Positions 1 through 7,933 of a DNA stretch of 64,000 nt are shown here, piece after piece. Position 1 is the first letter of the stretch, and the number at the start of each line of letters is the position of its first letter. A program made the position numbers and the translations under genes. The stretch lies in the NCBI GenBank assembly GCA_963764715.1, contig CAVXTP010000014.1, positions 160,001-224,000 on the forward strand, in the 5' to 3' direction. A model generated the notes under the pieces. That model did not search any database. It worked only from the letters and a program-made list of their open reading frames with translations, and had not been told where the DNA came from. The stretch comes from an uncultured Acidobacteriota bacterium. Lineage in GTDB: Bacteria > Acidobacteriota > Thermoanaerobaculia > UBA5066 > Gp7-AA6.

Positions 1-445
1 GCCCGAGGAACCCGCCGCCCCAGACCCAGTGCGCGACGGGCGCGTAGACGAGAAGGCCCCAGAGCGTCAGGAACGCGAGATAGGGACCGAAGCGCATCCG
101 CTCGACGATTGCGCCCGAGATCAGGGCCGCCGTGACGATCGCGAAGGTCCCCTGGAAGGCCATGAACAGCAGGTGCGGGATCGTTCCCTGGAGCTCGAGT
201 CCGACGCCCGAGAGCAGGGCACGCGAGAGGCCCCCGGACCAGCCCGAGCCCGGGCCGAACGCGATCGAGTAGCCGAGAAGCGCCCAGGAGACGCCGACGA
301 AACCGAGCGACACGACGCTCATCATCATCGTGTTGAGGGCGTTCTTCGAGCGCACGAGGCCCCCGTAGAAGAAGCCGAGGGCCGGGGTCATGAGGAGCAC
401 GAGGGCCGTGGAGACGAGCAGCCAGGCGGTGTCGGCCTTGTCCAC
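1..445 (-). CDS. amtB: Ammonium transporter (Amt family), 5' part; runs off the window
   Basis: Not in the ORF track. Manual minus-strand translation from GTG at 445 gives VDKADTAWLLVSTALVLLMTPALGFFYGGLVRSKNALNTMMMS...FQGTFAIVTAALISGAIVERMRF...YAPVAHWVWGGG, the classic AmtB N-terminal motifs. Confidence 0.95.
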   Translation of the reverse strand, partial: MDKADTAWLLVSTALVLLMTPALGFFYGGLVRSKNALNTMMMSVVSLGFVGVSWALLGYSIAFGPGSGWSGGLSRALLSGVGLELQGTIPHLLFMAFQGTFAIVTAALISGAIVERMRFGPYLAFLTLWGLLVYAPVAHWVWGGGFLG

Positions 446-486
446 GGAGCTCGAGGTTACCAGCCCTCCGGCAGGCCTGACAACCT

Positions 487-509
487 AAATCTGTAAAACA
501 TGCAGATTT
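487..509. promoter_or_regulatory. Palindromic operator-like site 1 upstream of amtB
   Basis: AAATCTGTA-AAACA-TGCAGATTT, an imperfect inverted repeat in an AT-rich intergenic region; a second copy lies at 560-582. Confidence 0.6.
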
Positions 510-559
510 CAGCCATCAAGGTGGCGTCTTGAACGCCATTTCGAGCTCCTTGACGGCCG

Positions 560-582
560 AAATCTGCAGATCGTGCAGGTTT
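560..582. promoter_or_regulatory. Palindromic operator-like site 2 upstream of amtB
   Basis: AAATCTGCA-GATCG-TGCAGGTTT; same consensus and N5 spacer as 487-509. Confidence 0.6.
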
Positions 583-588
583 TCCAGA

Positions 589-2553
589 TCAGTCCTTCAG
601 CAGGAACTCCTTCATGAAGAGGACGGACGCGTAGAACTGATAGTCGCGATTGGATTTCTTGGCGAACCCGTGGCCCTCGTCCTTCGCCATCAGGTACCAG
701 ACGGGCGTGCCGACGCCCCGGATCTTCTGGACCATCTGGACCGACTCGGACATCGGCACGCGCGGGTCGTTGGCGCCCTGGATCACGAACAGGGGCTTGC
801 GGATCTTCTCGGCGTTGTTCATCGGCGCGGTCTTCTCGAGGAACGCGCGCATCTTCGCGTCGCGCTCGTCGCCGTACTCGACGCGGCGCAGGTCCCGCCG
901 GTAGCCCGAGGTGTTCTGGAGGAACGTCACGAAGTTCGAGGGCCCGACGACGTCGAGGGCGCACCGGATCCGGTCGCTGTACAGGTAGGCCACGGCGAGG
1001 GTCATGTGGCCGCCATAGCTGCCGCCTCCGACGAGCACCCGGCCGGCGTCGAGGTCCGGGCGCGCCGCGATCCAGTCGAAGAGCGCGCCGATGTCCTTGT
1101 AGGCGCCCTCGCGCAGGAAGCCGTTGTCCATCTGCAGGAAGGTCTTCCCGTAGCCCGAGGAGCCCCGGATGTTCGGCAGGATCAAGGCGACACCCAGCTC
1201 GTTGACGACGTAGTTCCAGATGCCGATGAAGTCGGGCCGCGACTGCCCCTCCGGGCCGCCGTGGATCTCGATCGTCACGGGACGTTTGCCCGGGAACTTT
1301 TTCGAGTCCGGCCGATAGAGGAACCCCGTGATGTCGCGGCCGTCGAAGCTCTTCCAGGACACGAGCTCCGGCTCGGCGAAGGTCTCGGGGTTGAGGCCTC
1401 CGAGCTCGCTGTACGTCCACCGCTCGACCTTCCCGGTCTTCAGGTCCCACGAGTAGGCGTCGGAGTTGGCACGCGCGGTCTCCATCGTGAATCCGATCGC
1501 GCCGCCGTCCCGGTGCCACTTCACGTTCCCGATGGTGCCGAGCGGAAGCTTCGGCCCCGGCAGCTCCCGGCGGCTCGCCGTGTCGAGCAACCGGAGAATC
1601 GAGACGCCCTTCTCGTTGGTCACGTAGGCCAGCCGGCTCCCATCGAGAGACAGGTCGAAGTCCTCGACGTCCGCCGTGTCCCCGGTCAGGAACTCCGTCT
1701 TCTTCGTGGCGAGGTCCATGTAAGCGAGCCGCTGGAACTCGGAGCCGGCGTCGACGGTGACGTAGAGCCCCTTCCCGTCCCGGGCGAAGGCCGCGTTTCC
1801 GTACGCCACCTTGTCCTTGCCCTTCGGCGTCAGCAGCGTCTTCGCGCCGGTCGCGAGGTCGGCGAGCCACAGGTAGGTCTCGTTGATCGAGATGGCCTCG
1901 GCGAGGAGGAGCTTCGAGTCGTCCGGCGACCAGTCGGCGACCTCCCATCCTCCGCCCGTAAGCTCGACGACGCGCCGGTCCGTCTTCGGGTCCCTCACCG
2001 CGACGACGTAGACGTCGACGTCGTTGCCGGTGCGACGCGTCGAGCCGTACGCGATGCGGTCGCCGCCGTTCGACCAGCGGGCGCCGGTGTTGCGCGACTT
2101 GCCGTCGGTCAGGAGCGTCACGCTCCCGTCGGCGAAGTCGTAGCGGTAGAACTGAAAGAACTCGCTGCCCCCGATGTCTTTCGAGAAGATGAAGGACTCG
2201 CCGGTCTTCGGGTCGAAGCGCGCGCCGCCGACGCGGTCCGGGTAGAAGGTCATCTGCGTGCGGGCCCCGCCGGGGAACTTGACGAGATGGGCCTGGGCGA
2301 CGTTTCCGAAACGGGTGGAGATCAACATCTCCCGGCGGGTCGGGTGCCAGCCGGTGAATCCGGCCGACCGGAACTCGGTGTAACGACCGACCTCCTCCGC
2401 GAGGGAGGCCGGGATCGGCGGGACGCCCTCGGCGACGAGGCTTTCCGGCATCGGCACGACCGCCGGGGCGGCGGATGCGGGCGGGGCCGTCTGGCCCAGG
2501 GCGAACGGCGAGACCAGCAGGGCGAGAAGGGCGAAACGAGCGCGAAGCGACAC
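589..2553 (-). CDS. S9 family peptidase (prolyl oligopeptidase/acylaminoacyl peptidase-like), secreted
   Basis: Signal peptide, beta-propeller region, IHGGP, nucleophile motif GGSYGG, QGANDPRV (Asp) and DEGHGF (His). Confidence 0.92.
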   Translation of the reverse strand: MSLRARFALLALLVSPFALGQTAPPASAAPAVVPMPESLVAEGVPPIPASLAEEVGRYTEFRSAGFTGWHPTRREMLISTRFGNVAQAHLVKFPGGARTQMTFYPDRVGGARFDPKTGESFIFSKDIGGSEFFQFYRYDFADGSVTLLTDGKSRNTGARWSNGGDRIAYGSTRRTGNDVDVYVVAVRDPKTDRRVVELTGGGWEVADWSPDDSKLLLAEAISINETYLWLADLATGAKTLLTPKGKDKVAYGNAAFARDGKGLYVTVDAGSEFQRLAYMDLATKKTEFLTGDTADVEDFDLSLDGSRLAYVTNEKGVSILRLLDTASRRELPGPKLPLGTIGNVKWHRDGGAIGFTMETARANSDAYSWDLKTGKVERWTYSELGGLNPETFAEPELVSWKSFDGRDITGFLYRPDSKKFPGKRPVTIEIHGGPEGQSRPDFIGIWNYVVNELGVALILPNIRGSSGYGKTFLQMDNGFLREGAYKDIGALFDWIAARPDLDAGRVLVGGGSYGGHMTLAVAYLYSDRIRCALDVVGPSNFVTFLQNTSGYRRDLRRVEYGDERDAKMRAFLEKTAPMNNAEKIRKPLFVIQGANDPRVPMSESVQMVQKIRGVGTPVWYLMAKDEGHGFAKKSNRDYQFYASVLFMKEFLLKD

Positions 2554-2639
2554 GGCGGTCCCCCTTTCCGAAACGAAACGCGTTCTTCTGGACCTCTACG
2601 CCGGGCGACCCCCGAAAGTTCCGGGACCGCCGGGACGGC

Positions 2640-3710
2640 TCACGGCGCGGCCGGGGTCGGGGACCAGTCCCCGAACGGCACCAGCGTCGGCCCCACCACG
2701 TGACAGTCGTCGAGGTCGCCCCCGTCATGGTAGGCGCCGGTCCGGTACCAGAGCACCAGGTCCGTCGCCAGCCCCTCCGGAGGGTTGAGGTAGTTGTTGA
2801 ACTTGATCGCGCAGGCCGGCCCCGACTGGCCCGAATCGTCGATCTCGTTCGCGTTGTACTTGAGGACCCACACGTCGCCGACCGAGAACGAGTCGGCCGG
2901 CAGCGCCGTCTCCGCGCCGGGCACCAGCCGATAGCCCCGCCGGGTCGTCGAGTCCGCGACCGACCAGACGATCCCGGGCTTGTTGGTCCGGCGCAGCGCC
3001 TCGGTCGGAAGGTTGATCGTCGGGTATCGCGGGCCGGGCCGGCCGTCCTCGGACGGATTCGGCCCCTCGGTCACGACGTCCCCGCCCGGGCCGTCGATGT
3101 CGAAGTCGAAGCGCCAGTAGGCGTGGTGCAGGTGCGTGAAGGCGATGCAGGAGTCGGCGACCGCCGCGAAGCCCATCGTGGGTTCGATCCTCCCGTCGAG
3201 GTGGAACTTCCACTTCATGATGTAGCGGTACCACCCGGCCTCGGCCTGCGTCGTCAGGATGAGCACGTCGGGGAGCTTCTCGGCGGCGACGCCCGTGAAG
3301 CTGCCGATGTCGCCCCCCGAGCCGCCGACGTCGCACACCGTCAGCGGCGGCACGGTCGGCTCGGAGTAGCCCGGCGAGATGACGTTGTCGGACTGGAAGC
3401 GGGTCTCCTGGTACATCCAGTCGCGGAAGCAGCCGCAGCCGCCCGGCAGGTACAGGACGTTCAGGATCGGAATGTGGGCCCGCTTCAGGACGAGGTGGCC
3501 GTTGTAGTAGACGTTGCGCAGCTCGAGGCCCGAGCCGCGGGTGCCGCTGCTGTCCGCCGGACGGAGCCAGCAGAACTGCCACACCGGATTCGCGTCCGGC
3601 CAGGACATCAGGTGCTCGGTTCCGGAGCAGGCGGGCTGCGCCTCGACCGGCCGGGCCGCGAGCGCGAGCCCGAGGAGGACGAGCGGGGCGAGGCGGCGGA
3701 GCATCGTCAC
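2640..3710 (-). CDS. Secreted copper amine oxidase catalytic-domain-like protein, copy A (atypical WYRY site)
   Basis: Start GTG 3710 overlaps the upstream stop as GTGA (alternative ATG 3704). Signal peptide. Ordered motifs LILTTQAEAGWYRYIMKWKFHLDGRIE, THLHHAYWRFDFDIDG, GYRLVPG, DVWVLKY..NE, DLVLWYRTGAYH follow the CuAO D4 pattern. Confidence 0.75.
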   Translation of the reverse strand: MTMLRRLAPLVLLGLALAARPVEAQPACSGTEHLMSWPDANPVWQFCWLRPADSSGTRGSGLELRNVYYNGHLVLKRAHIPILNVLYLPGGCGCFRDWMYQETRFQSDNVISPGYSEPTVPPLTVCDVGGSGGDIGSFTGVAAEKLPDVLILTTQAEAGWYRYIMKWKFHLDGRIEPTMGFAAVADSCIAFTHLHHAYWRFDFDIDGPGGDVVTEGPNPSEDGRPGPRYPTINLPTEALRRTNKPGIVWSVADSTTRRGYRLVPGAETALPADSFSVGDVWVLKYNANEIDDSGQSGPACAIKFNNYLNPPEGLATDLVLWYRTGAYHDGGDLDDCHVVGPTLVPFGDWSPTPAAP

Positions 3711-4261
3711 GGATGCGCCCCCGTCGGGACGTACACGGGGTACGCGATCTCGCGCTTGACGAGGTCGACGACGGTCCAGCGCACCAGTCCCTCCCGGTCC
3801 GGAGACAGGAGCTGGATCTGGAGGCACCGGCTGCCCGGCCCGCAACGCCGGCCGCGGCCCTCTTCGAGGATGAACCCCCCCTCGAGGACCGCGTTCTTGC
3901 GCGCGACGATGCGGCCGAGCTCCGCGTCGCGCCGCACGAGGTCGCCGGCCTCGGCGATCTCCTCCGGGGAGGGGCTCGGCTGGCTCTGCTTGATGTCGCG
4001 CGTGCCGTAGATCCGCGCGTCGGCGCCGGAGGAGTAGCGCTCCTGCGCGAAGCCCCTCGTATAGTCGAACACGAGCTCCACGTGGCGAATGTAGTCGCGG
4101 CCGTTGGGCGCCTTGACCGTCTCGTCCCAGCTCCGGAGCAGCCGCACCGGACGGGACGTCGCGGTCACCCCGCCGCTCTCGGCCTGGGCCGAGGCCGCCG
4201 CGAGCGCCCCGACGACCGCCAGCAACCGAGCCGCAACGTCCCGCCGCAGGGCCACCTTCAT
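3707..4261 (-). CDS. Secreted protein resembling copper amine oxidase N-terminal (D2/D3) domains, copy A
   Basis: Signal peptide. QPSPSPEEIAEAGDLVRRDAEL and C-terminal VVDLVKREI resemble the CuAO D3 'QPP..xEE...V..DP...VDL' pattern. CGPGSRC motif. Translationally coupled to 2640-3710. Confidence 0.6.
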   Translation of the reverse strand: MKVALRRDVAARLLAVVGALAAASAQAESGGVTATSRPVRLLRSWDETVKAPNGRDYIRHVELVFDYTRGFAQERYSSGADARIYGTRDIKQSQPSPSPEEIAEAGDLVRRDAELGRIVARKNAVLEGGFILEEGRGRRCGPGSRCLQIQLLSPDREGLVRWTVVDLVKREIAYPVYVPTGAHP

Positions 4262-4337
4262 TGTCGTGATTCCCGAAATCCTAGCAGACCCCGCCGGCCC
4301 CCGGCGACCGGCGGGATCCGGGGCCGCGGCCGCCCCG

Positions 4338-5420
4338 CTACCAGGTGCCGATCGGCTCGAAGGTCGGACCGACCGTGTGGCAGTCGTCGAGGTCCCCTCC
4401 CAGGTGGAGGGCGCCCGTGCGGTACCAGAGCACGGTGTCGAGGGCGAGCGACTCGCCGTTGAGATAACCGCTGAGCTTGACCGCGCACGCCGGACCGGGC
4501 TGTCCGGCGTCGTCCAGCTCCTGCGCCTTGTACTTCAGCAGCCACACGTCCCCGACGCTGAAGTTGTCCGCGGGCAGCTCCGCTTCCGTTCCGGGGACGA
4601 GCCGGTAACCGCGGCCCGTCCGGGAGTCGACGATCGACCACCACAGCGCGGGATCGTCGTTGAGCCGCATCGCCTCGGTGTCGATGACGCCCTTGCCGAC
4701 GCCCTCCGGGCCCTCGGTGACGACGTCCTCATCCGGACCGTCGATGTCGAAGTCGAGGCGCCAGTACGCGTTGTGGCGGTGCGTGTTGGCGACGCATGCG
4801 TTCGCGACCGCCGAGTAACCCATGGTCGGCTGGATGCGGCCGTCGAGGAAGAAGGTCCACTTCATCTCGTAGCGATACCAGCCCGCCATGGCCTGGGTCG
4901 TCAGGATCAGCCGGTCCGCGAGCTTCTCGGCCGCCACCCCCTGGAAGCAGACCCGGTTGCAGGGGTCCACGTCCGTCGCGGGACAGACGTCGACGCCGAG
5001 GTGCTGCTCGCAGACCGTGATCGGAGGACAGGCGGGCTCGGCGTATCCGCAGCCGGCGGTCAAGGGCGGCGGACAGGGGTTGTCGACCAGAAAGGGCTGC
5101 TCGGTGTAGAGCCAGTCGCGGTAGCAGTGGTTCGCCCCGCCGCAGCTTCCGACGTCGTACTGGACGTTGAGGATCGGCACGTGACCGCGCTTGAGCACGA
5201 GGTGGCCCTTGTAGTAGACCTCCCGAATCTCGATCCCGGAGCCGTTGGTGGCGCTCGACTGGGCCGGCCGGACCCAGCAGAAGTCCCACACCGGGTCCGC
5301 CGTCGGCCAGGCCATCCAGTGCTCGTTCGGACCGACGCAGCGCGCCCTCGCGACGGCGGCGGACGCGGGCTCCGCGGCCGCCGCGAGAACGAGAGCGAGC
5401 AGCAGAAGGCGGGCCTTCAC
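4338..5420 (-). CDS. Secreted copper amine oxidase catalytic-domain-like protein, copy B
   Basis: Paralog of 2640-3710: AMAGWYRYEMKWTFFLDGRIQP, THRHNAYWRLDFDIDG, DTVLWYRTGALH, plus an extra Cys-rich insert. GTG start overlaps the upstream TGA. Confidence 0.75.
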   Translation of the reverse strand: MKARLLLLALVLAAAAEPASAAVARARCVGPNEHWMAWPTADPVWDFCWVRPAQSSATNGSGIEIREVYYKGHLVLKRGHVPILNVQYDVGSCGGANHCYRDWLYTEQPFLVDNPCPPPLTAGCGYAEPACPPITVCEQHLGVDVCPATDVDPCNRVCFQGVAAEKLADRLILTTQAMAGWYRYEMKWTFFLDGRIQPTMGYSAVANACVANTHRHNAYWRLDFDIDGPDEDVVTEGPEGVGKGVIDTEAMRLNDDPALWWSIVDSRTGRGYRLVPGTEAELPADNFSVGDVWLLKYKAQELDDAGQPGPACAVKLSGYLNGESLALDTVLWYRTGALHLGGDLDDCHTVGPTFEPIGTW

Positions 5421-5947
5421 TTGACACCCGGGTGCTGGGACGGGACGAAGTTCCGATACGTGACCTTCTGCTTGACCAGGTCGACGCCCGTCACGCGGAT
5501 CAGGCCCGAATGGTCGGGCGACAGCACCTGGATGAGCAGGCAGCGGGATCCCGGTCCGCAGGGCTTGAGCCGCCCTTCCTCGATGATGAAGCCTCCCTCG
5601 AGCTCGGCCTTGTACCGCCGGATGATCCGCGCGAGCTCCGGATCCTCGCGCACGATCTCGAAGGCCTCTTCGATCTCCGCTTGCGAGGGCGTCGGAGGAT
5701 TGACGACGATGCGGCGGGCCGAGATCAGTTTGCCGTCCAGCGTATAGGTGCGCTCGAAGGCGGACGCCCGCTGGTAGTCGTAGAGGATGTCGACCCGGCG
5801 CGGGAAGTCCCCCTGCGACGTCTTGACCGAGTCGTACCAGGTTCTCAGCAGGCGCAGGGGCCGCGAGGTCAGCGAGGGCTGGGTTTGAGCGGCAGCCGCG
5901 GCGACCAGGCCGAGAAGGAGGGCGAGAATCGGAATCGCGCGGCGCAT
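5417..5947 (-). CDS. Secreted CuAO D2/D3-like partner protein, copy B
   Basis: Likely start ATG 5947 (MRRAIPILALLL signal peptide). Paralog of 3707-4261 (SRPLRLLRTW, LEGGFIIEEG, CGPGSRC, VDLVK). Confidence 0.6.
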   Translation of the reverse strand: MRRAIPILALLLGLVAAAAAQTQPSLTSRPLRLLRTWYDSVKTSQGDFPRRVDILYDYQRASAFERTYTLDGKLISARRIVVNPPTPSQAEIEEAFEIVREDPELARIIRRYKAELEGGFIIEEGRLKPCGPGSRCLLIQVLSPDHSGLIRVTGVDLVKQKVTYRNFVPSQHPGVK

Positions 5948-6035
5948 GGGGACCTCACCTTGTACTGCCCCGACAGGAGCCATCCTATGGGCCGGTCCCG
6001 CCCGAGTCAACCGCCATTGCGGCGACCACGCGTGC

Positions 6036-7682
6036 TCACGGGTGGGGCGAGGCGTCGACCGGCTTCGCGGGCGGGGCGTCGGCCTTCTTCGGCTCCGGCT
6101 TCGGCGGTTCGTCTTTCGGCATCGGCTTGCGCGGGAACATCCCGTCGCGCATGGCCGCGTTGTAGGCGAACGAGGCCATGATGACCGAGGCCTGCATCAG
6201 GTCGTTCTTCTGGAGCCGCTCGTAGACGTCCATGTTCGTGTGATGGGTCCGCGTCTCGTACTCGAGCGCGTCCTGGACGAACTGGAAGCCCGGGAGGCCG
6301 ACGTCGTCGAAGGACTGGTGGTCCGTTCCGCCCGTCCGGTTCATCGTCACGAGGGTCGCGCCGAGGTCGTGGAAAGGCGCGAGCCAGGCCTCGAAGATCG
6401 GAACGGCCGCGGCGTTGTCCTCGGAGTAGATGCCGCGGATCTTGCCGGTCCCGTTGTCGAAGTTGAAGTAGGCCGACAGCTTCGCGTGCTCGGGCTTGAC
6501 CGTGAGGGGCCCGGTCTTCTTGCGGAGATAGAACGGCTTTTCCTTCTCCTCGGCCGACGGCTCCGGCCGTGACGCGAAGTGCTGCGAGACGTAGGCCCGC
6601 GAGCCGAAGAGGCCCTGCTCCTCGCCGCTCCAGAGCCCGATGCGGATCGTCCGCCGCGGTTTCGCCCCGACGGCCTTGAGGATGCGCATCGCTTCCATCG
6701 CCACGACCGAGCCCGCGCCGTTGTCGGTCGCGCCGGTCCCGCCGTGCCAGGAATCGAGGTGGGCGCCGATCATCACGACCTCGTCCTTCCGGTCGGTTCC
6801 GGGGATCTCGGCGATCGTGTTCCACTGCATCTGGTCTTCTTCGATGAACCGGGCCTTGACGTCGAGCTCGACCTCGACGGGAACGTCCCGGTCGAGAAGC
6901 CGCGACACCCGGCCGAAGCTTTCGGGCTCCATCGAGAGCGAGGGCAGGCCCTGGGGGGCCCCCTTCTTCCAGGTTCCCTCGCCCTGGACGCTGAAGGTCC
7001 CCATGTCGCCGCGGCCCGACGCGACGATCGCCAGCGCCTTCTCCTCCTCGAGGAACTTCGTGACGGCCTTGCGGAGCTCGCGACGCTTGACGTACTCCGC
7101 CCGGTTGTAACGCGGCGGTCGTCCCGGCATCTCGTACTGATACTCGGCCTCGAGCGACTTCTCGTCGTAGCGCACGGAGTCGGGCTTCTCGCCGAGCGGG
7201 ATGTCGCGCACGTCGCCGAAGAAGACGACCGTTCCCGCGAACTTCCCCTTGAGCTTCTCGAGCTCGTCGGCCGACTTGACGTTGAGCCGCGCCGCCTTCG
7301 CGCGGACGGGCCCCGCCGTCCCCGGCGTCCAGGCCTCCGGGATCGCGATGAGCTCGGCCGAGCCCGGCGCCGTCATCCGCACCGCGCAGCCCGACCAGGT
7401 CCAGCCGCGGCCGAACGGACCCCAGCTCTCGAGGTGGGCGTTGGCGAGCCCCCAGGACTCGAGCTGCTTCTTCGTCCACTCGTTGGCTTCCTTCATCTCG
7501 GGAGAGCCGGTCAGGCGCGGCCCGATGCGGTCCATCATCTCGGAGGCCGACTCCATGACCTTGGAGTTGTTGAAGCCCTCGAGGCGGATCCGCGTGATCA
7601 TGTCGAGGTCCACCGCCTCGGTCGCGGGAAGGGTGGAACCGGCGAGCACTACGAGGCCGACGGCGGCGATCAAGCGTTTCAG
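6036..7682 (-). CDS. M28 family metallopeptidase (carboxypeptidase Q-like), secreted
   Basis: GAHLDSW, GATDNGAG, WSGEEQGL, NFDNG, GGTDH, HHTNMD motifs. Probable CTG start at 7682, 6 nt after AGGAGG, followed by a signal peptide. Confidence 0.9.
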   Translation of the reverse strand: MKRLIAAVGLVVLAGSTLPATEAVDLDMITRIRLEGFNNSKVMESASEMMDRIGPRLTGSPEMKEANEWTKKQLESWGLANAHLESWGPFGRGWTWSGCAVRMTAPGSAELIAIPEAWTPGTAGPVRAKAARLNVKSADELEKLKGKFAGTVVFFGDVRDIPLGEKPDSVRYDEKSLEAEYQYEMPGRPPRYNRAEYVKRRELRKAVTKFLEEEKALAIVASGRGDMGTFSVQGEGTWKKGAPQGLPSLSMEPESFGRVSRLLDRDVPVEVELDVKARFIEEDQMQWNTIAEIPGTDRKDEVVMIGAHLDSWHGGTGATDNGAGSVVAMEAMRILKAVGAKPRRTIRIGLWSGEEQGLFGSRAYVSQHFASRPEPSAEEKEKPFYLRKKTGPLTVKPEHAKLSAYFNFDNGTGKIRGIYSEDNAAAVPIFEAWLAPFHDLGATLVTMNRTGGTDHQSFDDVGLPGFQFVQDALEYETRTHHTNMDVYERLQKNDLMQASVIMASFAYNAAMRDGMFPRKPMPKDEPPKPEPKKADAPPAKPVDASPHP

Positions 7683-7839
7683 AGCACACCTCCTGAACAA
7701 AACCGCGGCACGGTACCACCCGCCATCCCCGGGGTCAAACCGCGGCGGGGCCTCGTGTGGGCGCGACACGATCGCGAGCAGGGCGAACCGAAGAAGGGCG
7801 TCCGGTCCGACCAATCCCGGGGTGGACAAAAACCACGTG

Positions 7840-7861
7840 CGCGGTCAACCAGTTGACCGCG
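7840..7861. promoter_or_regulatory. Perfect inverted repeat between divergent genes (candidate operator)
   Basis: CGCGGTCAAC-CA-GTTGACCGCG with 10-bp arms, lying between the M28 peptidase and the beta-propeller gene. Confidence 0.5.
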
Positions 7862-7933
7862 TAACGCCCCGCCGGGATAGGGCACTAGGGGTGTCATGAG
7901 GCGACGCCCCGCGTCGCGACGGAGGAGCATCCG

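Noticed and set aside
29-496. 155-aa plus-strand ORF
   Set aside because: Antisense shadow of amtB, which is clearly encoded on the minus strand.
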